From the IMG/VR virus record IMGVR_UViG_3300042010_000129, positions 160,001 through 224,000 of that record: 64,000 nt of DNA; one strand, written 5' to 3'. This document shows positions 43,630-51,872 of the stretch, piece after piece; the first letter of the stretch is position 1; every line of letters begins with the position of its first letter. The position numbers and the translations under genes were made by a program. Below the pieces are notes generated by a model that worked only from the letters and a program-made list of their open reading frames with translations, did not search any database and was not told where the DNA came from. Origin of the DNA: a virus (taxonomy: Duplodnaviria > Caudoviricetes).

Positions 43630-44034
43630 TTATTCAGCAACGGGTTTCAAACCGTAGTGTTCGCTTTTACCTTTCTGGAACACTTCCAGCAGCACACCGT
43701 TCATTTCCATTTTCTGGCCCGGCACCAAAAGAATGAGCGTTCCTTTTGGTTGCTTCGACGATGTAATCATCGCGCCGCAATTGTTGATCCAGTATTTTTC
43801 ATGACCGAACTTGTCACACCGTGCCTCGGCTTCGACCGGGCATTCGTTGTACTGCTGCGCGTAGTAGGCAGCACAGCCCGGCGCGACTTCCGGGTACAGC
43901 GTGTCGATACGTGTTTCTTTCGCTACGCAAAATTTCAGGCCGGTGAAGTTGTCCGTCTGTTCGCGGGTCAGAGTAATCACGTCTTGTTCGAGGTCGATAA
44001 TGTCGAAAGCTGGGAAAGAGGCGACGATTTTCAT
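43630..44034 (-). CDS. Phage hypothetical protein
   Basis: YAQQYNECPVEA..R..GH..YWIN motif; AAGGA SD. Confidence 0.7.
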   Translation of the reverse strand: MKIVASFPAFDIIDLEQDVITLTREQTDNFTGLKFCVAKETRIDTLYPEVAPGCAAYYAQQYNECPVEAEARCDKFGHEKYWINNCGAMITSSKQPKGTLILLVPGQKMEMNGVLLEVFQKGKSEHYGLKPVAE

Positions 44035-44075
44035 TTTTGAATTCCTTTACTGTCAGGAGAATGTTTTGCAGCGGT

Positions 44076-44219
44076 TTAGATTTTGGTAGCGCCACGCGGT
44101 TTCGGTGCGTTGCGTTTGGCGCGGCGTTCGAAGTAAACGAAGGTGCCCATGATCGCCAGTACACCAGCCAAGACAGCGATTTCTTTTACGTGGCCGATTG
44201 CGGTAGTAGCGTATTCCAT
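44076..44219 (-). CDS. 47-aa single-TM peptide (not in ORF track)
   Basis: MEYATTAIGHVKEIAVLAGVLAIMGTFVYFERRAKRNAPKPRGATKI; TAAGGA SD. Confidence 0.65.
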   Translation of the reverse strand: MEYATTAIGHVKEIAVLAGVLAIMGTFVYFERRAKRNAPKPRGATKI

Positions 44220-44230
44220 TTCCGTGTTCC

Positions 44231-44458
44231 TTATGCGTTGACGTTTACAGAGTTGATTGTGACTTCGATGTACTTCTGTTCATCGCGGGCGTAGAACGTG
44301 CTGACCACCATGCCCGGCGTCGAACCGTCGTTGCACTTTTCAATTGCTGCCTCTTCCGATTCAGCAACAACGGTGCGCGTAATGTTTTTGGTCAGCTTGG
44401 TATCCAGCAGCACATTAAACAGCGTCACGTTGATAATGCATTTGTAGGCGCGTTTCAT
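44231..44458 (-). CDS. Small hypothetical protein
   Basis: GAGGT SD. Confidence 0.65.
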   Translation of the reverse strand: MKRAYKCIINVTLFNVLLDTKLTKNITRTVVAESEEAAIEKCNDGSTPGMVVSTFYARDEQKYIEVTINSVNVNA

Positions 44459-44467
44459 TTTCTGACC

Positions 44468-44611
44468 TCAGATGGATTTGCGAAAGCGGCGAGCGGCTTC
44501 GGTGATTTGTTTTTCGCGGGCTTCTTGTTCCATGCGAATTTGCATGTCCCATTTCCAAGAAGGCTGTTTAGCGGTTTCGGTTTTGCGACGTGCAGTAGTT
44601 GCGTAGGCCAT
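44468..44611 (-). CDS. 47-aa basic peptide, first gene after sigma70 promoter (not in ORF track)
   Basis: MAYATTARRKTETAKQPSWKWDMQIRMEQEAREKQITEAARRFRKSI; TAAGGAAG SD. Confidence 0.7.
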   Translation of the reverse strand: MAYATTARRKTETAKQPSWKWDMQIRMEQEAREKQITEAARRFRKSI

Positions 44612-44617
44612 GATTCA

Positions 44618-44704
44618 AACTTCCTTAATTGCGTGAGTGGCTTTTCTGCGGGCAGCAGAAGCCCGATTGAGGCCAAAGGTATCAAAGGCCCCTATAGGCG
44701 TCAA
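44618..44704 (-). promoter_or_regulatory. sigma70 promoter (extended -10) plus 5' hairpin plus leader box
   Basis: TTGACG(44704-44699)-17 nt-TGn TACCTT(44681-44676); leader box 44618-44639. Confidence 0.8.
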
Positions 44705-44780
44705 CAAGTTTCTGCAAAGGCCCCATAACGCCACAGGAACCACGCGCACGCGTATAGAGGAAGAACCGAACGCCAGAAAC

Positions 44781-44815
44781 GACAAAGGCCCCGCCAGCGT
44801 GAACTGGGGAGCCTT
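44781..44815 (-). terminator. Probable intrinsic terminator
   Basis: GC-rich hairpin followed by UUUGUCGUUUC on the minus strand. Confidence 0.55.
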
Positions 44816-44824
44816 GAGGTTGTG

Positions 44825-45130
44825 CTACGGGTCTACTGTCACGATGCGGGATGCAAACCATTGCCCGGTCTTCTTGCTTTGGTAAATCTCCTTATAGCTG
44901 CCTTCGTACACCGTTCCGTAATCGCCCCGGCTGGCGCGATCCATGTTCCGGTCTTTTTCCATCTGGTAACGAAGCGTGCGGTTTTCGTTTTCCAAATGTA
45001 CGGCGTGCAATTCAGCAGCCATTAACTTTCGGCGCAGTGTGGCAGTCGAACCTAAAAGCTTGAGCGCCAGAATTGCCATGCCTGCAAAACCGAGCGCCAT
45101 CATAAAAGCGGGAATCAGGTCTGGTTCCAT
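44825..45130 (-). CDS. Membrane-anchored coiled-coil protein
   Basis: N-terminal TM. Confidence 0.65.
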   Translation of the reverse strand: MEPDLIPAFMMALGFAGMAILALKLLGSTATLRRKLMAAELHAVHLENENRTLRYQMEKDRNMDRASRGDYGTVYEGSYKEIYQSKKTGQWFASRIVTVDP

Positions 45131-45140
45131 GGGCGCCCCC

Positions 45141-45536
45141 TTACGAATGGCAGTCGATTTTTATTTTCGTGCCTGTATCCCGTGCGGCGGTTTCCAAACT
45201 CGGACGCATGTAGTCTGCGTTTTTCGCACACATCGGGGCCGCGCTTTCTTTGCCGTAGAAATCTGCCAGCGGGAAAGTACCGCATTCGCCAGCAGACATT
45301 TTTGTAGCCGGGGTGCAGATTTCAAACTTGAGTGCGGCCAGCGATGCGAACTGGCTCACAGGCAAACCAGATTTGCATTCGAACGTACCGGCGCGCTTTT
45401 CAAGCTTTGCCTGTTCCATCATTCCGTCGCGGTTGAAGCTGCACATAAAGGATGCTTGCGCCGAGTAGAAATCCGCGACTCGAATTTCCTTGCACGGCTG
45501 CCCTGCCAAACACAATTTTAACATCAGCGAAAACAT
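45141..45536 (-). CDS. Cys-containing protein with internal duplication, possibly exported
   Basis: C..G.PCKEIRVADFY....FMC repeated as C....GECGTFPLADFY....PMC. Confidence 0.65.
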   Translation of the reverse strand: MFSLMLKLCLAGQPCKEIRVADFYSAQASFMCSFNRDGMMEQAKLEKRAGTFECKSGLPVSQFASLAALKFEICTPATKMSAGECGTFPLADFYGKESAAPMCAKNADYMRPSLETAARDTGTKIKIDCHS

Positions 45537-45545
45537 GGTCGTTCC

Positions 45546-46064
45546 TTATTTCTTGATTTCGATTTTGGTGCCCATTTCGTCAGACGCCCATTTCAGCGCC
45601 TCTTTGACGTAGCGGGTTAATTCTGGCACCGATTCACAATCGTGATAGCCACGGTCGTTTTGAATGGGGAACGCTTGACGGCCCTTCGGACGGAAAAACC
45701 ATTGGTGCGAAAGCGGCACGTCGTAAACTTCTGGTTCGTAGCAACGCGCAAACTGGAATTCCAATTTGTGCCCGCCGACGCAATGCAGAATCAGCGTCCA
45801 GTTGTAGGCGGTGCGGCCCATTGAACCATCTTCGAGCTTACCGACCGTTACACGCCCGCCGTTGCGCTTCACGTAGTCACACAGCCGGGTCATGATTTTA
45901 TCCTGCCGAATTTTCTCGACTTGGATAAGGCGCTGCAATTCTTCCGGCGAAACGTTGCGCTCTTTTGCCGCTTTCAGATAATCGAGCGTTTCGCGGGTAG
46001 TCTTGAACAGGTCTTGCAGCGACTGGAAATTTAATTCGTGCGCTTCATTCCATGCAGTGGTCAT
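45546..46064 (-). CDS. Hypothetical protein
   Basis: Start re-set to MTTAW (GGAGG SD, ATGA overlap). Confidence 0.7.
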   Translation of the reverse strand: MTTAWNEAHELNFQSLQDLFKTTRETLDYLKAAKERNVSPEELQRLIQVEKIRQDKIMTRLCDYVKRNGGRVTVGKLEDGSMGRTAYNWTLILHCVGGHKLEFQFARCYEPEVYDVPLSHQWFFRPKGRQAFPIQNDRGYHDCESVPELTRYVKEALKWASDEMGTKIEIKK

Positions 46065-46549
46065 TGTTCGTCCTCCGGTTCGACGTAGCGCACAAGGTCG
46101 CATTTGTAATAATCGCCGTCAGCGCGCTTTTCAGAACGGCGGTGATCTTTGTAGCCACCGGAATAAATCCAGCCTTCATCGGTCAGAGACTTTTTCAACT
46201 TCGGTTCGGCGTCGTAGGCAAGGCGCGGCTGTTCCTTGATCCACACTTGTTTCGTTTCTTTGAGCAGGCCGATCAATTCGGCGCTGTCTTCGAAAACTAA
46301 CGCGGCTTTTATTTCTGCGCGGTTGCCTAGTGCAGCCATAAGTCCGCCACCGGAAATTATCACAGTGGCGAACGAACGGTTGTTTGCACCATCGCGCAAA
46401 TTGATGTGCAGGTCGAATTCTTCGTTGCAGTCATGATCAGCACGGCGCTGATCGAATTCGACTTCACGGCGGTTTACGTTTACCCGGATCGGGTAAAGTT
46501 TGCCGGGCTTCGTGCGTAGCCACAGGCCGCTAGCCTTTTCAGGAATCAT
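46061..46549 (-). CDS. Hypothetical protein
   Basis: Start re-set to MIPEK (GAGG SD). Confidence 0.7.
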   Translation of the reverse strand: MIPEKASGLWLRTKPGKLYPIRVNVNRREVEFDQRRADHDCNEEFDLHINLRDGANNRSFATVIISGGGLMAALGNRAEIKAALVFEDSAELIGLLKETKQVWIKEQPRLAYDAEPKLKKSLTDEGWIYSGGYKDHRRSEKRADGDYYKCDLVRYVEPEDEQ

Positions 46550-46556
46550 AAAAGCC

Positions 46557-47192
46557 TCACAGGTAAGCGAACGTTTCCAGTTCTGGTGGACGTTCTTCAT
46601 TTTTCAATTTACGCATGGCCCACAACGCTGTGCGCTTGCGGCCTTCGTCGTGCAACAGATTCAGCGGGAAAATATCTTTCGGTGGAGAATAAAAACGGCG
46701 CAGGGCATCCATCGGGTTCCGCGATTTAGGCGGCGTGTAGATTACCTGCACTTCGTGGCTTGCCATAATAAAGCGAATGACAAAACCGTGCTTCATCATC
46801 GACAAAGTAAATTCGTCGTAAGTATCGCCGTCACAAGGGAAGCCTTCAAAGTTCGGATAATCAAACTTTGGTTTCACTTCCACATTTACAGTATCGGGAT
46901 TCGATTTTGGCACGTCTTGCAATTCGATGGCTTCGGCATTTGCCTTGGCCCGTGCCTCTTCACGTTCTGCACGCGTAAAAGGAATGTCGCGTACAGGAAC
47001 AGCAGGTGTTGCGTTACTCCAAAATCCGCCCGGCTCTTTCGGTGCCGAAAAGGCGTCATCCGGCAATTGCAGATCGGCGCTAGCTTCTAGCTTTCCGCTG
47101 GCGCGTGCCCCGAAGGTCATACGATACAGCACCACAAGGCACAGAACGATGCCTAGCACGCATACAGCCAGTACATACTCTATATAGTCCAT
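46557..47192 (-). CDS. Membrane-anchored protein
   Basis: Start re-set to MDYIE (AAGGAGG SD); N-terminal TM. Confidence 0.7.
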   Translation of the reverse strand: MDYIEYVLAVCVLGIVLCLVVLYRMTFGARASGKLEASADLQLPDDAFSAPKEPGGFWSNATPAVPVRDIPFTRAEREEARAKANAEAIELQDVPKSNPDTVNVEVKPKFDYPNFEGFPCDGDTYDEFTLSMMKHGFVIRFIMASHEVQVIYTPPKSRNPMDALRRFYSPPKDIFPLNLLHDEGRKRTALWAMRKLKNEERPPELETFAYL

Positions 47193-47233
47193 GCTAAATA
47201 CCCTCCTTAGCATTTGTGAGAAAACAGAAGGCG

Positions 47234-47268
47234 AAAAATAACCCCCTTTGCATTTACGCGCCGGGGGT
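47234..47268 (-). terminator. Probable intrinsic terminator
   Basis: ACCCCC-N16-GGGGGU followed by UAUUUUU. Confidence 0.5.
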
Positions 47269-47292
47269 GTTTCGGTACAGCGCCCTTTTTTA

Positions 47293-48810
47293 TTACAGGG
47301 CGCGGAATTCATCGGCAGTAATTTTGCCGGTGAAAGTTGGTTGACCATCAAAGGACATGATCAGGCTGTACGGCAGTGCGCCTTTGTTCTCGGTCACGGC
47401 CACCAGTTGATCGTCACGGGTAACGATGCGAATCACGTTAACCATTTTTTCCTTGCTGCCTTTGATTACACGCACGCCCACGGTTTTGACTTGATCGCGG
47501 GTTGGCTTTTCCGAAACAACCTGCTTGGCAGCTTTTGGCGCCTTTTCAGCTTTTTCGAAATTCAGTTTTGCAGCCTTGCCGTTTACAGTCTTGCGGGTGT
47601 TTTCAGCAGGCTTTGCAGCCGGGGCCGATGCAGCGGTTTTGCCAGCCTTCGACGGAACTTCATGCAGGTCAGCAACGCGGAACTTGCCTTTGACCAAAAC
47701 AATCGACAGCAAAGGAACACGCTTGCCGCTGGTGGTCACTACAACGCGTTCCTGAGTTTCTTTTACGCGAACGATGCTCTGTACGGTTTCGTGTTTACGA
47801 CCGTCCATGAAACCCTCGGCGCGCAATGCGGTAGTGCTGATTTCAGCAACCGGCGCAGCGGCTTTCGGTGCAGCAGTTTTTGCAGCAGGTTTAACCGCAA
47901 CGGTTTTCACCGGGGCTTTTTCGCTGGCGGCGTGTGCAGCTTGCGAAGCGGCCATTTTGTGGTTTTTAACCATTTTGCCTTTCTTGTCGTGGGCGATGTG
48001 CGACGAGAAATGTTTCCACGGCTGCGCCGATTGTTCGAATGCGCGAACTTCGCTCAGTGCAACGCCTTCGTATGCCCACACGGCGGCGTCTTTCAGAGTC
48101 ACGAACAGGGTTTTCGTGTTGCGGTCGTACTCGGCACCGGTCAACTGGGTGCTGGTTTTGATGTTCAGGACGCGAATCGGGAACACACGGCCACCGGCAG
48201 CGGCTGGGGTTTCTTCTGGCAAATCTTCCTGTTCAACGGCAGCAGGTTTTTTGCCGGTGGCTTTCGGTGCAGCAGCGGCTTTTACAGGCGCCGAAGTTTC
48301 AGCAGGGGCGGTGTATTTTTCCACCATATCCAGTTTCACACGCAGCGCGCCGCGATTGTTGAATTCCAGATCGGCAACGGCGATTTTGCTGCCCTTGTCG
48401 GTTACGACGGTGCGCACGTCGTTGATTTTGGAAATGCGCAGAACGTTTTCCTTGGCGCGACCGATCATCACCACGCCCGCTTCACGAATGGCGCCCGATT
48501 TCAGTTCTTCGGCAACCGGTGCAGTTTTCGCGGCAGCAGTTGCTTTCGGTGCAGCAGTTGCTTTCGGTGCAGCAGCGGCTTTTGCAGCGGCAGGCTTAAC
48601 AGATGCAGCAGCCGGTTTCGAAGCGTCGGCCTGTTTAGCGGCAAACTCTTTGCGCCAGTTTTTCAGGTCACGCAGTTTTACGCCGGGGGAAACTTCGGTG
48701 CCGATGCCGGGCACTTCCACGCCCGCTTTTTTAGCGGCGGAGATTTGCGCGGTCAGAGCGTCAACAGCAGCAACCAGCAGAGCAGTGGTGTTCAGAGTAG
48801 TGTTAGTCAT
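47293..48810 (-). CDS. Ala/Lys/Pro-rich modular protein with KTSC domain and three repeated beta modules
   Basis: KTSTQLTGAEYDRNTKTLFVTLKD..VWAYEGV....RAF..S..PWKHFSSHI = KTSC; histone H1-like linkers. Confidence 0.75.
   Translation of the reverse strand: MTNTTLNTTALLVAAVDALTAQISAAKKAGVEVPGIGTEVSPGVKLRDLKNWRKEFAAKQADASKPAAASVKPAAAKAAAAPKATAAPKATAAAKTAPVAEELKSGAIREAGVVMIGRAKENVLRISKINDVRTVVTDKGSKIAVADLEFNNRGALRVKLDMVEKYTAPAETSAPVKAAAAPKATGKKPAAVEQEDLPEETPAAAGGRVFPIRVLNIKTSTQLTGAEYDRNTKTLFVTLKDAAVWAYEGVALSEVRAFEQSAQPWKHFSSHIAHDKKGKMVKNHKMAASQAAHAASEKAPVKTVAVKPAAKTAAPKAAAPVAEISTTALRAEGFMDGRKHETVQSIVRVKETQERVVVTTSGKRVPLLSIVLVKGKFRVADLHEVPSKAGKTAASAPAAKPAENTRKTVNGKAAKLNFEKAEKAPKAAKQVVSEKPTRDQVKTVGVRVIKGSKEKMVNVIRIVTRDDQLVAVTENKGALPYSLIMSFDGQPTFTGKITADEFRAL
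48533..48575. repeat. 18-nt tandem repeat (2.4 copies) encoding AAPKAT
   Basis: gcagcagttgctttcggt x2 plus gcagcag. Confidence 0.8.
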
Positions 48811-48816
48811 TTTCGA

Positions 48817-48903
48817 AACTTCCTAAATAGTGTGAGTGTGATACTGCGTCGGCGTGATTGCCGATTGGATTTCAGAATGCCATTACAGGCGCCAAGGTGT
48901 CAA
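48817..48903 (-). promoter_or_regulatory. sigma70 promoter plus 5' hairpin plus leader box
   Basis: TTGACA(48903-48898)-18 nt-TGn CATTCT(48879-48874); leader box 48817-48838. Confidence 0.7.
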
Positions 48904-49178
48904 CTGCTTTTGCGGTGGCTTTCGTTTAGTACCGGGTAGTTCTGGCCGTGGCCGAAAAACTTTCCTGCGGCGTCGAGCCGTGTTTCCGGGGTTACGTGCC
49001 AAACCTGCATATGGTTTTGCAGCCGGGTACGTTTCCCGCCCGGAATCTTTTCCAGCGCCTCTTTAACCGTGGAACCGAAACCCCAATCCCCGAAGTCCAC
49101 GACGATAAAGTGGGTCAGTGCAGGATTCAGATTTTCCGGTTTCGCGATTTCGCTGGCCGCGTCTAATTTGCGAGCCAT
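48900..49178 (-). CDS. Hypothetical protein, paralog of 53608-53883
   Basis: Start re-set to MARKL (AAGGAG SD); shared LTHFI..WGxG..EA..WxxTPExR motif. Confidence 0.7.
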   Translation of the reverse strand: MARKLDAASEIAKPENLNPALTHFIVVDFGDWGFGSTVKEALEKIPGGKRTRLQNHMQVWHVTPETRLDAAGKFFGHGQNYPVLNESHRKSS

Positions 49179-49220
49179 AGTTTTTATCTCCTTTCGATTT
49201 TGGGGTTTCAGTACAACCAG

Positions 49221-49246
49221 CATGCGCACCGTTCTAGATGCGCATG
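49221..49246 (-). promoter_or_regulatory. Conserved-loop hairpin element (copy 4 of 4)
   Basis: catgcgca-ccgttctaga-tgcgcatg. Confidence 0.6.
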
Positions 49247-49260
49247 AGGGTTTATCTGAA

Positions 49261-49683
49261 TCAAGAAAGCGGGTGCGGCTTCCGCATGTGCGGTGGTGGC
49301 ACAGGATCAATATGCGCCGCTACGTCACGATCTAAAACCGTCGCCAGAAGTTCAGCGGCAGAATTTGCAGCGTGACGATAAACGCCGTCGCCTTTTTCCC
49401 ACGTCGCGAAATACGTCGAGCCTTCTAGGCACTCGGCCAGCACTTCGCCCTGTTCTTCGGTTTCGATATAAACCGCCAGCAGTGCGCCGGGGCTGCTGCT
49501 GAAACTCACGTACAGCTTTTCAATCGCGTCATATAGGCGCTGGGGGTCTAACTGCTGTTCGCGGTCTTCGTCTTCGAAGAGTTCAACCACGTCGTCATTG
49601 TGCAGGCCCCACAAATGTTCTAGGCGGTGCAGAATTACGGCGCGCTGCTGTTTGGTCAGAATGATTTTCTGCGGAAACGGCAT
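49261..49683 (-). CDS. Hypothetical acidic protein
   Basis: Start re-set to MPFPQ. Confidence 0.7.
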   Translation of the reverse strand: MPFPQKIILTKQQRAVILHRLEHLWGLHNDDVVELFEDEDREQQLDPQRLYDAIEKLYVSFSSSPGALLAVYIETEEQGEVLAECLEGSTYFATWEKGDGVYRHAANSAAELLATVLDRDVAAHIDPVPPPHMRKPHPLS

Positions 49684-49684
49684 T

Positions 49685-49966
49685 TCACTTACTCCCATCG
49701 AGTGGTGGTATCGGGGGCACGTTCCAGTCAAGAATCAAAGGCGCCCACAAAATGACAAGGTACAGCCACACGCAAAAGCCAACGAAAAACTTCCAGCGCC
49801 ACGGCATACGTTTCATGCCGTTATAAAGGTTGGCGCTCTTTTTATCCGTCGCGTGAGTCTGGCACACGTAGTAGGTCATGAGGGCGGCAAACACGAAACC
49901 CAAAATTAAATACAGGGCAACGGCAACCGCCAGCACATAACCTAAAGCCAAAAACATTTCGTTCAC
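49685..49966 (-). CDS. Two-TM membrane protein
   Basis: Two hydrophobic helices. Confidence 0.7.
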   Translation of the reverse strand: MNEMFLALGYVLAVAVALYLILGFVFAALMTYYVCQTHATDKKSANLYNGMKRMPWRWKFFVGFCVWLYLVILWAPLILDWNVPPIPPLDGSK

Positions 49967-50313
49967 TCGGCCTCCTTTGGCAGTCCGGCGAAAATACCGG
50001 GGCCAGTTGTATGTGGTTCCAAACGCAGACCATGCTGACGTGCATAATCCAGTTCACGCGGCGAATATGTGCGCTCTTCGTAATCCTGCCCAAAGGCAAC
50101 CGATTTGCGAACGGTGATTCCGCCGTCGCTGTTCACACGAAACGCCTGTTTACCGAAAACGGGAAAACCGATCAGGGCGCGTTGAGTTTTTGCGTCGAGG
50201 CGGATTTCTTTGTTTTCCAAATCCTGCACGGCGATGGTTTCGAAGAACGAAAGAACGCCTGCGTGATTAGGAACGGCCCAGCTTTCGATTTCGGTGAATT
50301 GCATCCGGCTCAT
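49963..50313 (-). CDS. Hypothetical protein, first gene after sigma70 promoter
   Basis: ATG 50313 after TAAGGAAG SD. Confidence 0.7.
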   Translation of the reverse strand: MSRMQFTEIESWAVPNHAGVLSFFETIAVQDLENKEIRLDAKTQRALIGFPVFGKQAFRVNSDGGITVRKSVAFGQDYEERTYSPRELDYARQHGLRLEPHTTGPGIFAGLPKEAE

Positions 50314-50318
50314 TGTCA

Positions 50319-50402
50319 AACTTCCTTAATTGCGTGAGTGTCTAAATCGCAGGCACAGTTTGCCCGCCACCAAAGAATCTCAAAACCGGGTTCCGGTGTC
50401 AA
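50319..50402 (-). promoter_or_regulatory. sigma70 promoter plus 5' hairpin plus leader box
   Basis: TTGACA(50402-50397)-17 nt-TGn GATTCT(50379-50374); leader box 50319-50340 identical to 44618-44639. Confidence 0.75.
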
Positions 50403-50590
50403 CTGGTTTCGTTTTCGGTTTCCGGTTTTGGTTTTGGGTTCAGCTTTTGTTCTAGCTCGCGTTGGGCGCGCTCATAAGGGTTTTCCCCGTGGTACTGGCG
50501 CCAAAGCTCTACGCACACGCCTACAACCAGAATCGCACCACAGGCGTATTGCACAAGCTCTAGGATCATTCCCCAAAAGTCGAGGGTCAT
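50399..50590 (-). CDS. Small single-TM protein
   Basis: GGAG SD; hydrophobic N-terminal half. Confidence 0.65.
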   Translation of the reverse strand: MTLDFWGMILELVQYACGAILVVGVCVELWRQYHGENPYERAQRELEQKLNPKPKPETENETS

Positions 50591-50619
50591 GGTTTGCGTC
50601 TCCTATAGAAAGCAGAAAG

Positions 50620-50650
50620 CCGGGAACTGCCCCCGGCTTCGTTTTTGGTT
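50620..50650 (-). terminator. Probable intrinsic terminator
   Basis: AAGCCGGG-N7-CCCGGCUU followed by UCUGCUUUC. Confidence 0.55.
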
Positions 50651-50655
50651 CGCGG

Positions 50656-51093
50656 TTACTGCGCCGGGAAATCAACCAGCGGTTTTACTTTGCGCACACC
50701 GATTTTGCAAAGCTGGCGAATCTTGGAACTGTTATCGACGGTAGGCGACGGTTCGAAATCGTTGGTGACAGTGAACAGCCATTTGTCAGCAGTACACACC
50801 GTTTGAAAAAGCGGATCGGTTTCCAGCAGCCCGACAAAAAGATCGTCGTTCGCATCCATGATCGTTTTTCCGAAACCACGGCGACCGGTCAAAGGCGACA
50901 CGATATAAAAACGATCCAGCAATTCCACGATCAGCGAGCCGTCACCTTCCACAGTTGTGAACAGGTGATTTAATTCTGCATCGCCCCACGAAGTTTGGCC
51001 GGGTTCTTCGCCGTCCGGTTGCGGGATCTTGCAAACCATTTCGTGAACGGTGCGCCCGGCTGGAATTACGAAGTGCGTTAATTTGCGTCCCAT
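50656..51093 (-). CDS. Hypothetical protein
   Basis: 145-aa ORF. Confidence 0.7.
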   Translation of the reverse strand: MGRKLTHFVIPAGRTVHEMVCKIPQPDGEEPGQTSWGDAELNHLFTTVEGDGSLIVELLDRFYIVSPLTGRRGFGKTIMDANDDLFVGLLETDPLFQTVCTADKWLFTVTNDFEPSPTVDNSSKIRQLCKIGVRKVKPLVDFPAQ

Positions 51094-51096
51094 TAT

Positions 51097-51321
51097 TTAT
51101 TCCTCGGGGTTTTTTGGTTCGTTGGGTTTATCCAGCGCTTTCAAAACAGCGACCGTCAGAAAGGCCGCTGCTAATTGTGCGTCGAATGCTTTACGGCGAC
51201 TGTCGTAGTAGCGCTTGACCGACAGGGCCTTGGAAATTTCGCACCACGCGAAAATAACCATGCCCAGCAGAATTGCGCCCATGATAATTCGCAGCCACCA
51301 GATCGGTTCTATTTCGTTCAC
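51097..51321 (-). CDS. Small membrane protein
   Basis: TM segment. Confidence 0.65.
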   Translation of the reverse strand: MNEIEPIWWLRIIMGAILLGMVIFAWCEISKALSVKRYYDSRRKAFDAQLAAAFLTVAVLKALDKPNEPKNPEE

Positions 51322-51872
51322 GCTGCTTTTTCCTGACTGGCGATGAATTCTGAGTGCGTGATAGTGAAGCGCAGGTACTCACACGGCACGGCGGTATCGT
51401 CACCGAAATGGCCTGCGGTCTTCAACATGCAGTCTTCCTTCAGAATGGCGAAGAATGCGATGGCGCCCACCACATCATAATTGCGCAGCGCCACACGTTC
51501 GAAAAACAAATCGACATAAGGAGTGCCGTTGCCACCTTTTGCAAAAACGTAATTCGGTTCCTGTGTGCTGGTGTTGTAAGTCTCACACCACGAATAATTC
51601 GTGACGTAGGCAATGCGCAGGCGGTAGCCGCGTGGGATCGAATGTGAGCGCCCGTTGCAGTCGATATATTTTTCGACCGCCATCGGAATCGGTGCATCCC
51701 ATTCGTCTTCTGGCGAAAGATAACGGCGCTCGCTTTTCACCGGCTCGGTGATTTGATGCAGCAGGTCGATATTCAGTTGGTCGATTACGGCCTGCACATC
51801 GTGGTCGGCGTCGTTCACGTCGATAATTGCTTGGGCCAACAATTTGGTAATCGCTTTCTTTGCAGGGGTCAT
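51318..51872 (-). CDS. Hypothetical protein
   Basis: 184-aa ORF. Confidence 0.7.
   Translation of the reverse strand: MTPAKKAITKLLAQAIIDVNDADHDVQAVIDQLNIDLLHQITEPVKSERRYLSPEDEWDAPIPMAVEKYIDCNGRSHSIPRGYRLRIAYVTNYSWCETYNTSTQEPNYVFAKGGNGTPYVDLFFERVALRNYDVVGAIAFFAILKEDCMLKTAGHFGDDTAVPCEYLRFTITHSEFIASQEKAA

Noticed and set aside
47248-48939. 563-aa and 350-aa plus-strand ORFs
   Set aside because: They mirror the Ala/Lys-rich KTSC gene; its low-complexity codons lack antisense stops.
48898-50402. -35 boxes overlapping upstream TGA stop codons as a special mechanism
   Set aside because: TTGA contains TGA, so the overlap is simply economical packing.
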